From a virus (taxonomy: Duplodnaviria > Caudoviricetes), in the IMG/VR virus record IMGVR_UViG_3300001528_000360, positions 32,001-96,000 of that record: a DNA stretch of 64,000 nucleotides, one strand, 5' to 3'. Of the stretch, positions 9,821 through 20,915 are shown in pieces (positions within the stretch are counted from its first letter, which is position 1; the number at the start of each line of letters is the position of its first letter). The position numbers were made by a program, and so were the translations under genes. The notes beneath the pieces were generated by a model, which saw only the letters and a list, made by a program, of their open reading frames with translations, was not told the origin of the DNA and did not search any database.

Positions 9821-11113
9821 ATGGAAGTTAAAAAGTCTGAAGACCTTTTATATATTGACAAGTGTTTTATGTCTATTAAAAATAAAGTCGCTGTTGCTGA
9901 AAATCTGAATAAGATTAGTTTAGCATTAAAGCGTATTTTTGATGTTAATTTCACTCTTAAAGTTGTTGATAATACCTCAAATACTTTCTTTGGTATGAAT
10001 ATCTATCCTACGGTTTCTACTATGGATATTATGGTTGATTCTATTATTAATAAGAAATCTTCCTTAAATGATATTCTTGCTATTTGGGAAAAGAATGAAG
10101 ATTGGTATGTTGAAATTGATAGTCTTCTTTTATATGATATTGGTTTAAATGCTAATCCTCCTGAGATTACTTCTGTTCTTCTTCATGAGATTGGTCATGT
10201 CGTTTATGCCAATACAATCCCCCAGAGATTACATAAGTTAATTCGTTTTAAAATTATGAAGTTAAATTATCAGATGAAACAGTTAATTTCTACTGAGAAG
10301 ATTCGTAAATTATTTAATATTGCTATCATTGAATCTTGTTCTTCTAAGAATTATGATTATATTGATAATGATGTTGAAAAAGTTGCTGATAGATTTGTTC
10401 TTCAGTATGGTTATGGTGAGGAATTAAATTCCTTTATTAATAAACTGATCAAGACTCAGGGTAATTCTATGGTCAATCGTAGTGATAGTGATATGGATAG
10501 AGACATTACTACTGTTGTGAATTGGACAGTTTTAAATATTAAGGAATTAGAGTTTAGAAAGAAATCTTTACGTCGGTCATTAAAGGTTGAGATCTTGAAA
10601 AATCCGAGTGAACTTTCTAAGAAAGTTATTCAGGATATTTATAATTCGTTCTTTGGTGAAGTTACTGACAAGTACAGATTACTGCTGTCTGAACAGGCTG
10701 GTTTATCAGAAGATACTTATAATGAGCTTCGTACTGACCAACTACTCGATGAGTTTGTTGCTAGAGTATTGACAGAAGCTTCTAATAATATTTTTGATAA
10801 GAAGGGTAAGTTAAAGAAGATTACTCAGAATGATATTGATATTCTTACTGTTGAAGCAGAAAGAATTGATACTATTGATGATAAGATTTATCTTTTAGAT
10901 AAATTATATTCTCAGATGGAATTAATTAATATGGGTCTTGATTATATTGAAAGTAATGAAAAGGGAATGAAAGAAAAAGTTCTTCAGTCTAAGAGTACAT
11001 TACTTAGTATGAAAGATCAGTTAAATGATCTTAGATCTCAAATTCTTGCTACTAAGATTATTGATCGCCAGATGGGTATTTGGCTTAAAATGCCCAAGGG
11101 ATATGAAGGGTAA
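9821..11113 (+). CDS. Virion-associated protein with HExxH zincin-like motif
   Basis: LLHEIGH; lies between capsid and terminase genes. Confidence 0.65.
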   Translation: MEVKKSEDLLYIDKCFMSIKNKVAVAENLNKISLALKRIFDVNFTLKVVDNTSNTFFGMNIYPTVSTMDIMVDSIINKKSSLNDILAIWEKNEDWYVEIDSLLLYDIGLNANPPEITSVLLHEIGHVVYANTIPQRLHKLIRFKIMKLNYQMKQLISTEKIRKLFNIAIIESCSSKNYDYIDNDVEKVADRFVLQYGYGEELNSFINKLIKTQGNSMVNRSDSDMDRDITTVVNWTVLNIKELEFRKKSLRRSLKVEILKNPSELSKKVIQDIYNSFFGEVTDKYRLLLSEQAGLSEDTYNELRTDQLLDEFVARVLTEASNNIFDKKGKLKKITQNDIDILTVEAERIDTIDDKIYLLDKLYSQMELINMGLDYIESNEKGMKEKVLQSKSTLLSMKDQLNDLRSQILATKIIDRQMGIWLKMPKGYEG

Positions 11114-11259
11114 GTGACTGAGAAATCTCGACTACAGAGGATTTTTATAAAAAATAAATATATTGGACTATACAGGGTTTTCCTGTATAGTCCTTATTTT
11201 ATTATCATTTTAACAAAATTATAATCATAATATAAAAGAGGAAGGAGGAATTTCTCCTT

Positions 11260-14245
11260 ATGGGAAAATCATTTATTTATGATGTAAATACAGCAAATAT
11301 TTCTTTTGTACAAACTGCAGTAGACTTAAAGAAATTAGGGATTAAAAATAATATGTTCTTTTTAAAATTGTATGATCCATCATTAAAAGGAGTAGATCCG
11401 CATTCTCCTTTCCTTACTAATGATCAGATCATTAGAATTATTAATGAGTGTATTATTAATCCCTGGTATTATTTAAGAGAAGTTGCAAGAATTCCTGACC
11501 AGGGTAATGTAAAAGGTGTTCCTTATCTTTTAAATAGAGCTAACTTAGCAGCAACATGGTGTTTTCTAAATGGTATTGATCATTATGAAGTTATTCCTAG
11601 ACAGATTGGTAAAACTGAATCCACCATTGCTATAATCACATGGGCTTTCTTATTTGGAACAACGAACTCAGAAATGATGTTCTTAAATATTACAGCCGAT
11701 CGTGCCTATGCTAACCTAGCTAAAGTAAAAGATCAGAGAGCATTATTACCCCCATATTTACAGTTTAAAGTTGCATTTGATGATGAAGGAAAAGAAATTA
11801 AAGCTACAGATAATACAAAATCTTTAAAGAATGCAACTAATGGAAATTCAATTGTAACAAAACCTTCTGCTCGTGGTATTGAATCTGCTGAAAGAATTGG
11901 TCGTGGTTCTTCTCAGGTTATTCAGTATTATGATGAGTTTGAGTTTATTTCTTATATCAAAACTATTATGGAAGCCGCGGGTCAATTGGCTCTCATGTTT
12001 TTACAACATGATAACTCCTTTAATTGCTGGAAACTCTCGTTAGGTTATCAGTACTTATAGTAACATAAGTGACAATCTGATAAATAGAGACAATCAGCAG
12101 CCAAGCCTTATATGTCTTTATATAAGGAAGGTTCAACGACTATCGAAAAGGTACTATAAGAGAAATACTTATAGGAGTAACTGAGTAGAGTACACTTAAA
12201 TGTGGAAATGGGGAGCATTTTATATATGGTAATAGTATATAAGATGAAGATATAGTCTATATTCTATAGAGATATAGAATAATAAAATGCCGGCTTATAA
12301 TACTGCTGCAGAGAATGCTAAAAGAAATAATGCTATACATTGTCGTTAAAGTAAGCGACATATACATAGTAATATGTATTGGAAACTCTCTTAATTGCTG
12401 GAAAGTCTTTTTATAAGATAATCAGCAGCCAAGGCTCGAAAGAGTAAGGTTCAACGACTATTAAGTACACTCAAGTGGGTGGAAATGGAGAGCTCCTTAT
12501 TATTTAAGGATGAAGATATAGTCTGGTCTCTATAGTGATATAGAGCAGTTCTTAAATGAACGATATAAGATTAACGATCTTATATGAACGAGAAATACGA
12601 TCTTTACAAGCACGCCAGGTGACTTAGATTCACAGCCTGGTGAAGATGCATTACAAATTGTTGAAAAAACTTGCAAGTGGTCAGAAAGTCTTTACGATAA
12701 ACCTATTGAAGATGTTCTTGACTATATTGCAATGAACTCTGAAAATAATATAGTATATATTGAATATCAATATCAGCAACTTGGTAAAGATGAAACTTGG
12801 TTTAATAAAGTTTGTGCATTATTGAATAATAATAAGCTTAAAATTCAACGAGAAATATTCTTAAGACGTATGCATGGTAGCTCTCAGTCTCCTTATGATC
12901 CTGAAGATCTTGATGCTATTCAGGATAAAAAAGGAACGATTAAAGAAGAGCTATTTATTAATAGAATTTTTAAGCTTGATATTTATGAAACTCTTGTAAA
13001 AAATAGAATTTACTTTATTGGTGTTGACGTTTCAAATGGTTATGGTTTGGATAATTCAGCAGTTACAATTTTTGATCCTTATGCACTTAAAGTTGTTGCA
13101 GAATTTAAATCTCCGCATATTGGTGTAAAGGACTTAATCAAGTTCTTATATATCCTAGTTAGAAAATATCTACCTAATTCTATCTTAGCAATTGAGCGAA
13201 ATGCAAATGGTGAAGCAGTGCTTGATCATTTAAGAGATAGTGAAATTAGAGGAAACTTATACTTTGATAATTCTAAAGAAATTAATGTTGATGATAAGTT
13301 AGACGGACAAGGTTTTATTCGTAAGGAAGCCGCACGTAGACAATTATATGGTAAACAAATGCCTTATAATATAGTAATATATTATACAGATTTCTTTAAT
13401 TGCTGGAAAGTCTTTTATAAGATAATCAGCAGCCAAGACTCTTATATAAGAGTAAGGTTCAACGACTAGTCTTTATGACGTACACTCAAGTGAGTGGAAA
13501 TAAGAAATATCCTATATAGGATAAAGATATAGTCTCATCTCTATAGTGATATAGAGCAGTTCATAAAAGAACGATATAAGAGTAACGATCTTATATGAAG
13601 ATATTGATTTGGACAGGCGGTAAATCTCGTGAGATTATGTTCTCTCTGTTGGATGAATATGTAAAAGAACACAAAGATGCTTTTGTTGGTCATTATGTTA
13701 TTGATGACTTGATGAAACTTGTTCGTGTTAATTCTAAGATACAAGCTGTAACAGGACAGCATGATGATAATATTATGTCGTTCTTAATGTGCTTGTATTT
13801 ATATTATTATGGTAATAATCTTGCTCGTTATGGTTTTACTAGAGGATCTCTTCCTGATGAAGAAGATCAGAATAAAGGAATGGATTATGGTGAAATCGTT
13901 AATGCTTTATCTGATACTGATAAAGAATTCTTTGGAATTGATAGTAATACACCGATTGATCAACCATTAAACATTGATATGATGTCAATGATAAATAATG
14001 GAAGAGGATTGATTTCTAAAGAGGAATTAAGAAGTGGAATTAATGATAATTCTATGAAAAAAATAAGACAACCTACAATGGATGCTTATTCAGCAAAGGT
14101 TTATAATGAAATGATGCAAGCTCAGAGAGAATCTGAAGCATTTAATAATAGAGTCGGATTCACTAATGGATATAGAAATATGGATGAAAGTGGAGAAGAT
14201 GACTATAGTTATAATTTAGATGTTTTTGATGAGCTAAATAGTTAA
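11260..14245 (+). CDS. Terminase large subunit, phiKZ-like; join(11260..11982,12290..12346,12600..13352,13607..14245), ~723 aa
   Basis: PRQIGKT Walker A, YYDEFEF Walker B, FIGVDVS nuclease motif, HDD. Splicing gives EAAG|PAY..HCR|IFTSTPGD and LYG|IWTGG, all in frame. Confidence 0.9.
11983..12289 (+). mobile_element. Group I intron 1 of terminase (307 nt, no ORF)
   Basis: P aattgctggaaa, Q aatcagcagcc, R gttcaacgacta, S aagatatagtc; exon ends in U and intron ends in G. Confidence 0.9.
12347..12599 (+). mobile_element. Group I intron 2 of terminase (253 nt)
   Basis: P/Q/R/S elements; P1 UGUCGU pairs with GCGACA; terminal G at 12599. Confidence 0.9.
13353..13606 (+). mobile_element. Group I intron 3 of terminase (254 nt)
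   Basis: P/Q/R/S elements; P10 CAAAU pairs with AUUUG; terminal G at 13606. Confidence 0.9.
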
Positions 14246-14249
14246 AAAA

Positions 14250-14280
14250 AGAGACTAGGGATAAAACCCTAGTCTCTTTC
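14250..14280. terminator. Bidirectional terminator
   Basis: agagactaggg / ccctagtctct hairpin flanked by A- and T-rich tracts. Confidence 0.75.
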
Positions 14281-14290
14281 TTATTTTTAT

Positions 14291-15535
14291 TTATGCAACG
14301 TGATCAATGGTATGCTCATAGTCCCTCATATAGATATAATAGGAACCATCATCTCGAAGTTCAATGACAAAATTATCTTCTGCCTGAGCATAATAATTAT
14401 CCTGTACAAACAGAGAAAACACTGCATAATTTCCATATATATGATAATCACCATGATAATAATTACCCTCATAATAAAACTCATTATCCGGAAGAGTAGT
14501 GAAACTATAAGTTGCAAGATAATCATCAGTAGGGACTGTATTGAAGTTACCCTCAAACTTAGAAGGATCAGTATCAGGAGTATTATTTGCCATATAAGTA
14601 TTCAAATACTTACAATACTTATTGATTTCATTAAAGTATGTAGAACTCAGCTTATTATAAATACGCTGATATTCATTGAGATTATTCTCATACTCAATGA
14701 CTTCATCACTGGTCAAAAGATCATATGCATCATAGCTCTGCTTGAATCCAGTATAAATGTTTTCAAATGCTCTAACTCCTTTTTCTCTAAGATAAGAATT
14801 GGAGTCAAGATATCCTTCCTGAACAATACTAGATGTATAGATTACAATTTCTTCAAATCCATTAATGGTGTCAATTTCAGCAAGATATGCATCAATAAAT
14901 CCACCTTCAGTAGTATTATGAATACGGGATTTGATATAAGGAGCTTCTACCATTTCATCACTTACAGAGATAATTCCATCAATACTATTGGACAGTTCAT
15001 AATAACGATCCAAGTCAGTATAATAAGTGTAGAGAGATTTAATGATATTGTAAGCTTTAACGGATTCATACTCAGCAGGGATATTAGCAAGAAGCTTATC
15101 CAGATATTCATACTTAGTGAGGATGTTTACAATATCATCAGAACTCCTGATATTTAAAACTTCATACTGATCCAGAGCAAGCTCTTTTACTACAGTCTTA
15201 TTAACTGCATCATAATAGTATTCCTTTACATCATTAGGAACCTTTTTAAAGAGCTTAGTCATCTGCTTGATATCATACTCTTCACAAGCAGTATCAATTT
15301 TCTCTTTGATCTTAGAATAATCCTTTTCATCAATAATGATGATTTCTTCTTCAGTATCTTCAATGATTGTTTCAGGTTCTTTATTTTCAGAATGACTAAC
15401 GACAGTATTGTTTGTATTATTAGATGCTTCGGTTGATTCGCCAGAATCAAAGAAACTGACAATGATACCTAAAAGCATCATGCCTCCCATAATGCAAAGG
15501 AAAATCTTCAAAAGTTTAGAGCCCTTCTTATTCAT
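14291..15535 (-). CDS. Membrane-anchored hypothetical protein
   Basis: Basic N-terminus followed by one TM helix; RBS AAGGA; 414 aa. Confidence 0.75.
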   Translation of the reverse strand: MNKKGSKLLKIFLCIMGGMMLLGIIVSFFDSGESTEASNNTNNTVVSHSENKEPETIIEDTEEEIIIIDEKDYSKIKEKIDTACEEYDIKQMTKLFKKVPNDVKEYYYDAVNKTVVKELALDQYEVLNIRSSDDIVNILTKYEYLDKLLANIPAEYESVKAYNIIKSLYTYYTDLDRYYELSNSIDGIISVSDEMVEAPYIKSRIHNTTEGGFIDAYLAEIDTINGFEEIVIYTSSIVQEGYLDSNSYLREKGVRAFENIYTGFKQSYDAYDLLTSDEVIEYENNLNEYQRIYNKLSSTYFNEINKYCKYLNTYMANNTPDTDPSKFEGNFNTVPTDDYLATYSFTTLPDNEFYYEGNYYHGDYHIYGNYAVFSLFVQDNYYAQAEDNFVIELRDDGSYYIYMRDYEHTIDHVA

Positions 15536-15610
15536 AATTGCAAATTCCTTTCTTTAAATTCAAAAAATTTTAAGGGGTAGGATGATCATTCATCCTACCC
15601 CTTATGTGTA

Positions 15611-16129
15611 TTACATCTTTACAGTATCTTCAGTCATATGTGCCTTAAATACATCATAAAACTCAAAGTATTTAAAATTTGTAATGCGATCACAAGTAAT
15701 TGCAAGCTGTTCACACATCTTAACAGCACTGTCCTTAATATTAATAATAAGATTATCCAGTGCACTCTGATATGCAATGTTATACTGATTATAGAGACGA
15801 CGACGAGCAATCTGCTTTCCACGTTCAACAGAAAACTCATTAGGATCATTAGGATCATACTTTGCAGTTGCTGTGAGTGTATCAGGAAGCATATACTTAC
15901 TACACGTTGTCATCGGGGACTCGATGATGGATGTAGTATCCGGGTTAAACTCACCATCCTCATCACGAAGCATCTCGACCATAACATCCTTGTCACTCAA
16001 GATCAAATTAAACTTCCGAAAACTCTTGAGCATTGTTTCAATTGCATCATACTTTACTCCGGAGACAGAAGCAGTTACAACCTTAGTCTCCTCATTCACC
16101 TGGTACTGAATCATGTTAGCAGTAAACAT
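15611..16129 (-). CDS. Hypothetical phage protein
   Basis: RBS AAGGAG; 172-aa ORF. Confidence 0.7.
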   Translation of the reverse strand: MFTANMIQYQVNEETKVVTASVSGVKYDAIETMLKSFRKFNLILSDKDVMVEMLRDEDGEFNPDTTSIIESPMTTCSKYMLPDTLTATAKYDPNDPNEFSVERGKQIARRRLYNQYNIAYQSALDNLIINIKDSAVKMCEQLAITCDRITNFKYFEFYDVFKAHMTEDTVKM

Positions 16130-16182
16130 AACAATTATACTCCTTTATTTTTTTAGAAAATTTGATATTTATTATAAGGGAA

Positions 16183-16932
16183 TTAACCCTCATAATTTAA
16201 GTTAGTTGGCTTCTTCTGCCAAAAATGATATTTCCTTAGATCTGGTGTACATTTTGATGAATATGGATAGATCCAACGGATATAGATATTATAGAAACTT
16301 AGAGGAATTTTGAAACAATGACCAATGTCTTTTCCATAAAGAAAATGTCCATTTTCATCTCTTTCATAATCCATGATTTCAAGATATCTATCTTTTCTCA
16401 TATTTTTTACCCCATATCCAAAACAGATATGAGAAATTACAATATGATGATTCTTTGTATTGATCTTCTTTACCCAACGCTGCCAATCATATAAACCACC
16501 ACGAGCTTTACGTCTTTTTTCAGCTTCAATAGCAAGACGTTCCAACTCTTCTAATTGATAGATATGCAAACTTTTTTTCGGATCATTATCAATCTCATCT
16601 TTAGGCCAATACATGCAATGAGGTTTATAATCAGAACATGTTGGACATTTCAGATTGGGATCATAACGTTCATCATCACCTGAGAAAATTACAGTTCCGC
16701 ACTTTTTACACCGATACACAACATCAAGAGATATATGCTCACTGTAAACAACCTCAAAATCACAATTAAGCTTTTCTCTCATGAAAGATACATATGTATC
16801 AATATCACATAAAACTTCACCAGTTTCAGCAGAGATGATATTCTGTTCATCTTCACTTAAACCAAGTTCTAGTTTATCGCCTCTTTCTTTTGCAAGATTA
16901 AAGGCTTTGATAACATCATATCTACTGACCAT
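16183..16932 (-). CDS. Hypothetical Zn-ribbon protein
   Basis: CKKC..CPTC. Confidence 0.7.
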   Translation of the reverse strand: MVSRYDVIKAFNLAKERGDKLELGLSEDEQNIISAETGEVLCDIDTYVSFMREKLNCDFEVVYSEHISLDVVYRCKKCGTVIFSGDDERYDPNLKCPTCSDYKPHCMYWPKDEIDNDPKKSLHIYQLEELERLAIEAEKRRKARGGLYDWQRWVKKINTKNHHIVISHICFGYGVKNMRKDRYLEIMDYERDENGHFLYGKDIGHCFKIPLSFYNIYIRWIYPYSSKCTPDLRKYHFWQKKPTNLNYEG

Positions 16933-16934
16933 GT

Positions 16935-18064
16935 TTATCCTTTCTGATTAATAAAATCATTCAATTGATCACGCAAATATTTAGCCTGATCTTTTGTTAA
17001 TTCGATATTTCTACTCTGTTTGTTTAATCTACTCGGTTTATTTGATCCCTCATATGTAATTAACTCTATCCGAAATTTGTTGTTATTCTCATATGTACAG
17101 AGATCAGTACGAGAATTTTTCTCAATGATATGCTGATGTTTTGTCATGTTATTTTTTCTCCTTATCTTTATTCAGTTTTTCAAGTTCATCAGCAATTCGT
17201 TTTAATTGCTTAGGAACATCAATAAAGAAACTGATAAATTCTACTATGAAATACATCACGAAGGCAATAATAATGCCAACTAAGATTGAAGCCCAAACAC
17301 TATTCATTGTAAATCCTTTCTTACTCCAGAACTGCAAAATCCTGTTTCTCCAGGATCTCTTTTGTTGATCACACAATAATGACACTTAATATCCTCATCA
17401 CTATCTCTATCATATTGATCATATTCTATATAACTATCACAATCTTTACAATGTACAACATCATCATTTTGATCGTCATTGTATGGAGAAATAGTTGTTC
17501 TACCTATGATAAACCCGAAGATGATAGAGATAAAGGAAATTACAAAATAAATGATGAAATCTTTCATAGTTATTAACCTTTCATTTTATATGTAGTATCA
17601 AGTGGATCACTATCAATGGAAATGCATTTATCCGAATGATCAAAATGAAGATATCCTTCATTTACACCATTAAAATAAATTGTATAGTCCTTATACTCAG
17701 GATTAGATAAAATTGTTGCAAGTTGACCTGCAGTCATTTCTTTGGAGATATGAATTCGACTTCGTTTTTCAGGCATTGATAATTCCTCCTTTTAGTTATC
17801 GGATAAGAAACTCATAAGTTCACGGGTACTGAATACCCATGCATCATTCTTTTCTTTGTCATACCCAGCAAATTCAATGCCTCCACGGGTTTCAGAATAA
17901 TGCTTTTGATTTTCAGTCAACAGACCAAGATATTCAAGACAAACAGCAAGTTTGCCTGACATCGTTAGATATCTACCCCAATCTTCTACCTTCTCCCTTT
18001 CAATATTATTGTCTTTGCAAAAATGATCAACAATGAAATTTGCATACTGCTTTTTGGTCATCAT
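16935..18064 (-). CDS. Run of small accessory ORFs (16935..17147, ~17149..17385, 17304..17567, 17573..17776, 17792..18064)
   Basis: Tightly packed, most with RBSs, downstream of the early-promoter motif at 18119-18128; two have TM segments. Confidence 0.6.
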
Positions 18065-18236
18065 GATGTTTATCCTCCATATGTTATTAAAAATTTATTC
18101 TTTTGCTTTGTTACTATAATAATATATATCTAAAATCTTTAATAAAACGATTTTTATATTTTAATTATTGTATTAACATTTTTGTAATTTAATAGGAAAT
18201 TTTTGGGAGAGATTTAAATAGAAAAATAATGGAAGG

Positions 18237-19013
18237 TTGTGTTGTTATATGTCCTTGTTTTATGATAAAAATGAATATGAACTTGCTGGATCATCAGATA
18301 CAGAATCTTTATTGGCTGAAGTGCCATTTGATTTAATTAAGGAAAGTATTCTTGCACAAATTGATGATCCTGTTAATTCTTCTACAAACTATGTGGATGT
18401 TATTATTGATAAATGTGATCTTTATCGAGAAGAGTATAAAGATAATCCTGAACTTATTAATGAATTAAATGAAAAATTAACGGATTTCTTTGTATTCATT
18501 ATGGAAAATATTAATAATAAATTTGATTTAGGATTAGATGTAAATGATATTGCATCTTATTCTAATGCAATTGAAATTGGTGAAGCACTTTATAAATATT
18601 TTATTTTGAGATATACTAAGAATATTACACGATTTTTTACAAAGTATATCTTTAATAATAAGAAAGTTATTTGTGATTATTATACAGACTCTACAGTACA
18701 GAAGAAAGATGTATCAACTTTAGCATATAAGAAAAAGATTAAGAATTCGGAAGATCTTTGTATTATTACAAATCTTCCTTCTATTATCAAGTACATCATT
18801 AGTTTAGATATTTCTTCTATTGACTTTTTAGAGTTTAGTGCTGGATCTGATAATTATGACGCTAATATTGTTAAAGGACTTATTGGATCTGGTAGATTAA
18901 TTGGTGATTTCTTTGATTCTTATATTAAGCTTTGTGTTGATTCTCATGATTATATTCTTGATGATCTCCAAACTGATATTAGATTAAAGATCATGAAAAA
19001 GATTGAAAAGTAA
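18237..19013 (+). CDS. Hypothetical late protein
   Basis: 258-aa ORF after the late promoter at 18175. Confidence 0.7.
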   Translation: MCCYMSLFYDKNEYELAGSSDTESLLAEVPFDLIKESILAQIDDPVNSSTNYVDVIIDKCDLYREEYKDNPELINELNEKLTDFFVFIMENINNKFDLGLDVNDIASYSNAIEIGEALYKYFILRYTKNITRFFTKYIFNNKKVICDYYTDSTVQKKDVSTLAYKKKIKNSEDLCIITNLPSIIKYIISLDISSIDFLEFSAGSDNYDANIVKGLIGSGRLIGDFFDSYIKLCVDSHDYILDDLQTDIRLKIMKKIEK

Positions 19014-19048
19014 ATAAAAAAAATATTTTATTTGGAGGAGAAACAAAA

Positions 19049-20047
19049 ATGAATCCTGAAACTGAAAATTCTGTAATTGAGCTTGAGAAGACCCCTGAGT
19101 ACACTGAAGTTGCAGAAAATATTGATGACACTGATTTTATTAATGATGAAAATGTAAATGCATTTAAGCTCCTTAATCTTAAGTCTAAGATGAAGGATAT
19201 TGAGTCAGTTATGACTAGTATTAATAACAGTCAGAAGAATCTTCTTGGTGATAATGAAGAGTTTGATCCTATTGATGAAGCTCTTAATAATGTTACTGAA
19301 GAAGAGCTTAATGAAATGACTCCTGAGCAGATTGATGAGTTCCTTATTGATGAAGAGGGTGATCCTGTTGAATTTGCCATTGACTTTGATGGTGATGAAG
19401 ATAAGATGAATGAATTTAAGAAGGAATTTATTATTCTTAGAAAGCAGGCTCTTACATCTTTTGAAAAGTTTGATGAAGAACTTGCTAAAATTAATGAGGA
19501 AATTGCTGCATCTCAGGAAGAGTTTGATAAATTTGTCAATATGTACGGTAATGTCACTAATCTCATTCGTCATAGAATTGAAGAGAGATTAGAGACTGCT
19601 GAGACTGATGAGAAGAAGGAACTTTTCACAAAGATTCTTACTTCTTTTAATAATGGTATGAATCTTGATAATATTAAGGCTTATTGCAAGTCTCCTAGAG
19701 GAAAGAATATCCTTGGTGATTTCTATAATGAAAAGAGATCTCATTACATTTATAGAAGTTATTTGAAGGTTGCTAAGTCTCTTGATATTAAGACTGATCT
19801 TACATCCTTTGTTGATCTTGAAAAGAAGTTCATTCCTGAGTATACAAAGAGACCTAATCTTTTTGTCTATACTATTATTCATTATATTGCATCTATGCAT
19901 AATAAGAATTATACTAAGGCTGACGGACTTTTCATTACACAGTTTACAGTTAATCTGAAAAATCTGTTTTATGATAAGTTTGATACTCCTGAGGATAAGG
20001 AAACCTTCATTAATAATATTATTGAAGTATTTAAGATTATAGGTTAA
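19049..20047 (+). CDS. Hypothetical acidic coiled-coil protein
   Basis: GGAGGAG RBS; 332 aa. Confidence 0.75.
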   Translation: MNPETENSVIELEKTPEYTEVAENIDDTDFINDENVNAFKLLNLKSKMKDIESVMTSINNSQKNLLGDNEEFDPIDEALNNVTEEELNEMTPEQIDEFLIDEEGDPVEFAIDFDGDEDKMNEFKKEFIILRKQALTSFEKFDEELAKINEEIAASQEEFDKFVNMYGNVTNLIRHRIEERLETAETDEKKELFTKILTSFNNGMNLDNIKAYCKSPRGKNILGDFYNEKRSHYIYRSYLKVAKSLDIKTDLTSFVDLEKKFIPEYTKRPNLFVYTIIHYIASMHNKNYTKADGLFITQFTVNLKNLFYDKFDTPEDKETFINNIIEVFKIIG

Positions 20048-20128
20048 AATCAAAACAAAACGATAAGGAGTAGTACGTTATGTGCTGTCTCCTTATCGTT
20101 TATTCTTTTTTATCATAGGGGGTTTTAT

Positions 20129-20863
20129 ATGGTAAATATGTTTTTTAAGGATGATGGTAATAACATTGTTTTTACTGGTCATCATATGAAAGTTTATGTC
20201 CCCGAATCCTATTTTGGAATTAAACTGGCTGAAATTGAAGGATCTTTATTAAAAGTTTTTGGATTATTAGAATATAAAGTGTATGATGAAAAAGATAGAA
20301 TGATACGCCAGTCTACGATGAATCTACCCACTATGATTGTATTACATTTTAATGACATTGAAACTACAAAAGAAACTTTATATGCGGTAGAAGGTGCTGA
20401 ACCTGAAGTATATCGTACACTGACATATTATAAGAATGATATCATTATGTCTAATGTTATACAGAAAGATTCTTCTAATGTAGAATTATTTGTCAATTTA
20501 ATGACAGCAGGTAGAATTAAAAATGTACCATATAATAAGATTTTAAATATATGGCAAAGAAATCTTGAATTGAATGGTATTGATTTAGGTGTACCCTCTT
20601 CAATTCTTGAGGTTATTATTTCAGAAATTTATCGTAATCCTAAAAATCCTAATGAAAAATTTTGTAAGTTTATTACAAAGAATCCTAAGGAATCTCAGTA
20701 TTATTACAGAGCTTCCAATATTAGAGAAATTTGTTCTAGGAACTCTACATTCTCTGCACTTACATTTGAAGATTTCGACTCCATGTTAACAGCATCTTTA
20801 AATATGAATAAATATAATAAGAAACAAGTGGAGTCTCCTATTGAAAAAGTTATCAAGATGTAG
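20129..20863 (+). CDS. Putative C-terminal fragment of an RNA polymerase beta'-like subunit (virion RNAP)
   Basis: ILEVIISEIYR and NSTFSALTFEDFDSMLTASL resemble beta' C-terminal blocks (HIEVIVRQMLR, SFISAASFQETTRVLTEAA); late promoter at 20054. Confidence 0.5.
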   Translation: MVNMFFKDDGNNIVFTGHHMKVYVPESYFGIKLAEIEGSLLKVFGLLEYKVYDEKDRMIRQSTMNLPTMIVLHFNDIETTKETLYAVEGAEPEVYRTLTYYKNDIIMSNVIQKDSSNVELFVNLMTAGRIKNVPYNKILNIWQRNLELNGIDLGVPSSILEVIISEIYRNPKNPNEKFCKFITKNPKESQYYYRASNIREICSRNSTFSALTFEDFDSMLTASLNMNKYNKKQVESPIEKVIKM

Positions 20864-20915
20864 GGAATGCATTTAAAACATTATTATAAAATATATCCAA
20901 AGGAGGTCGGTTTTT

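Noticed and set aside
11983-13606. Inteins, group II introns or pseudogenisation as the cause of gene fragmentation
   Set aside because: Inserts contain stops, have no reverse transcriptase or group II domain V, and show group I P/Q/R/S and P1 elements with frame-restoring boundaries
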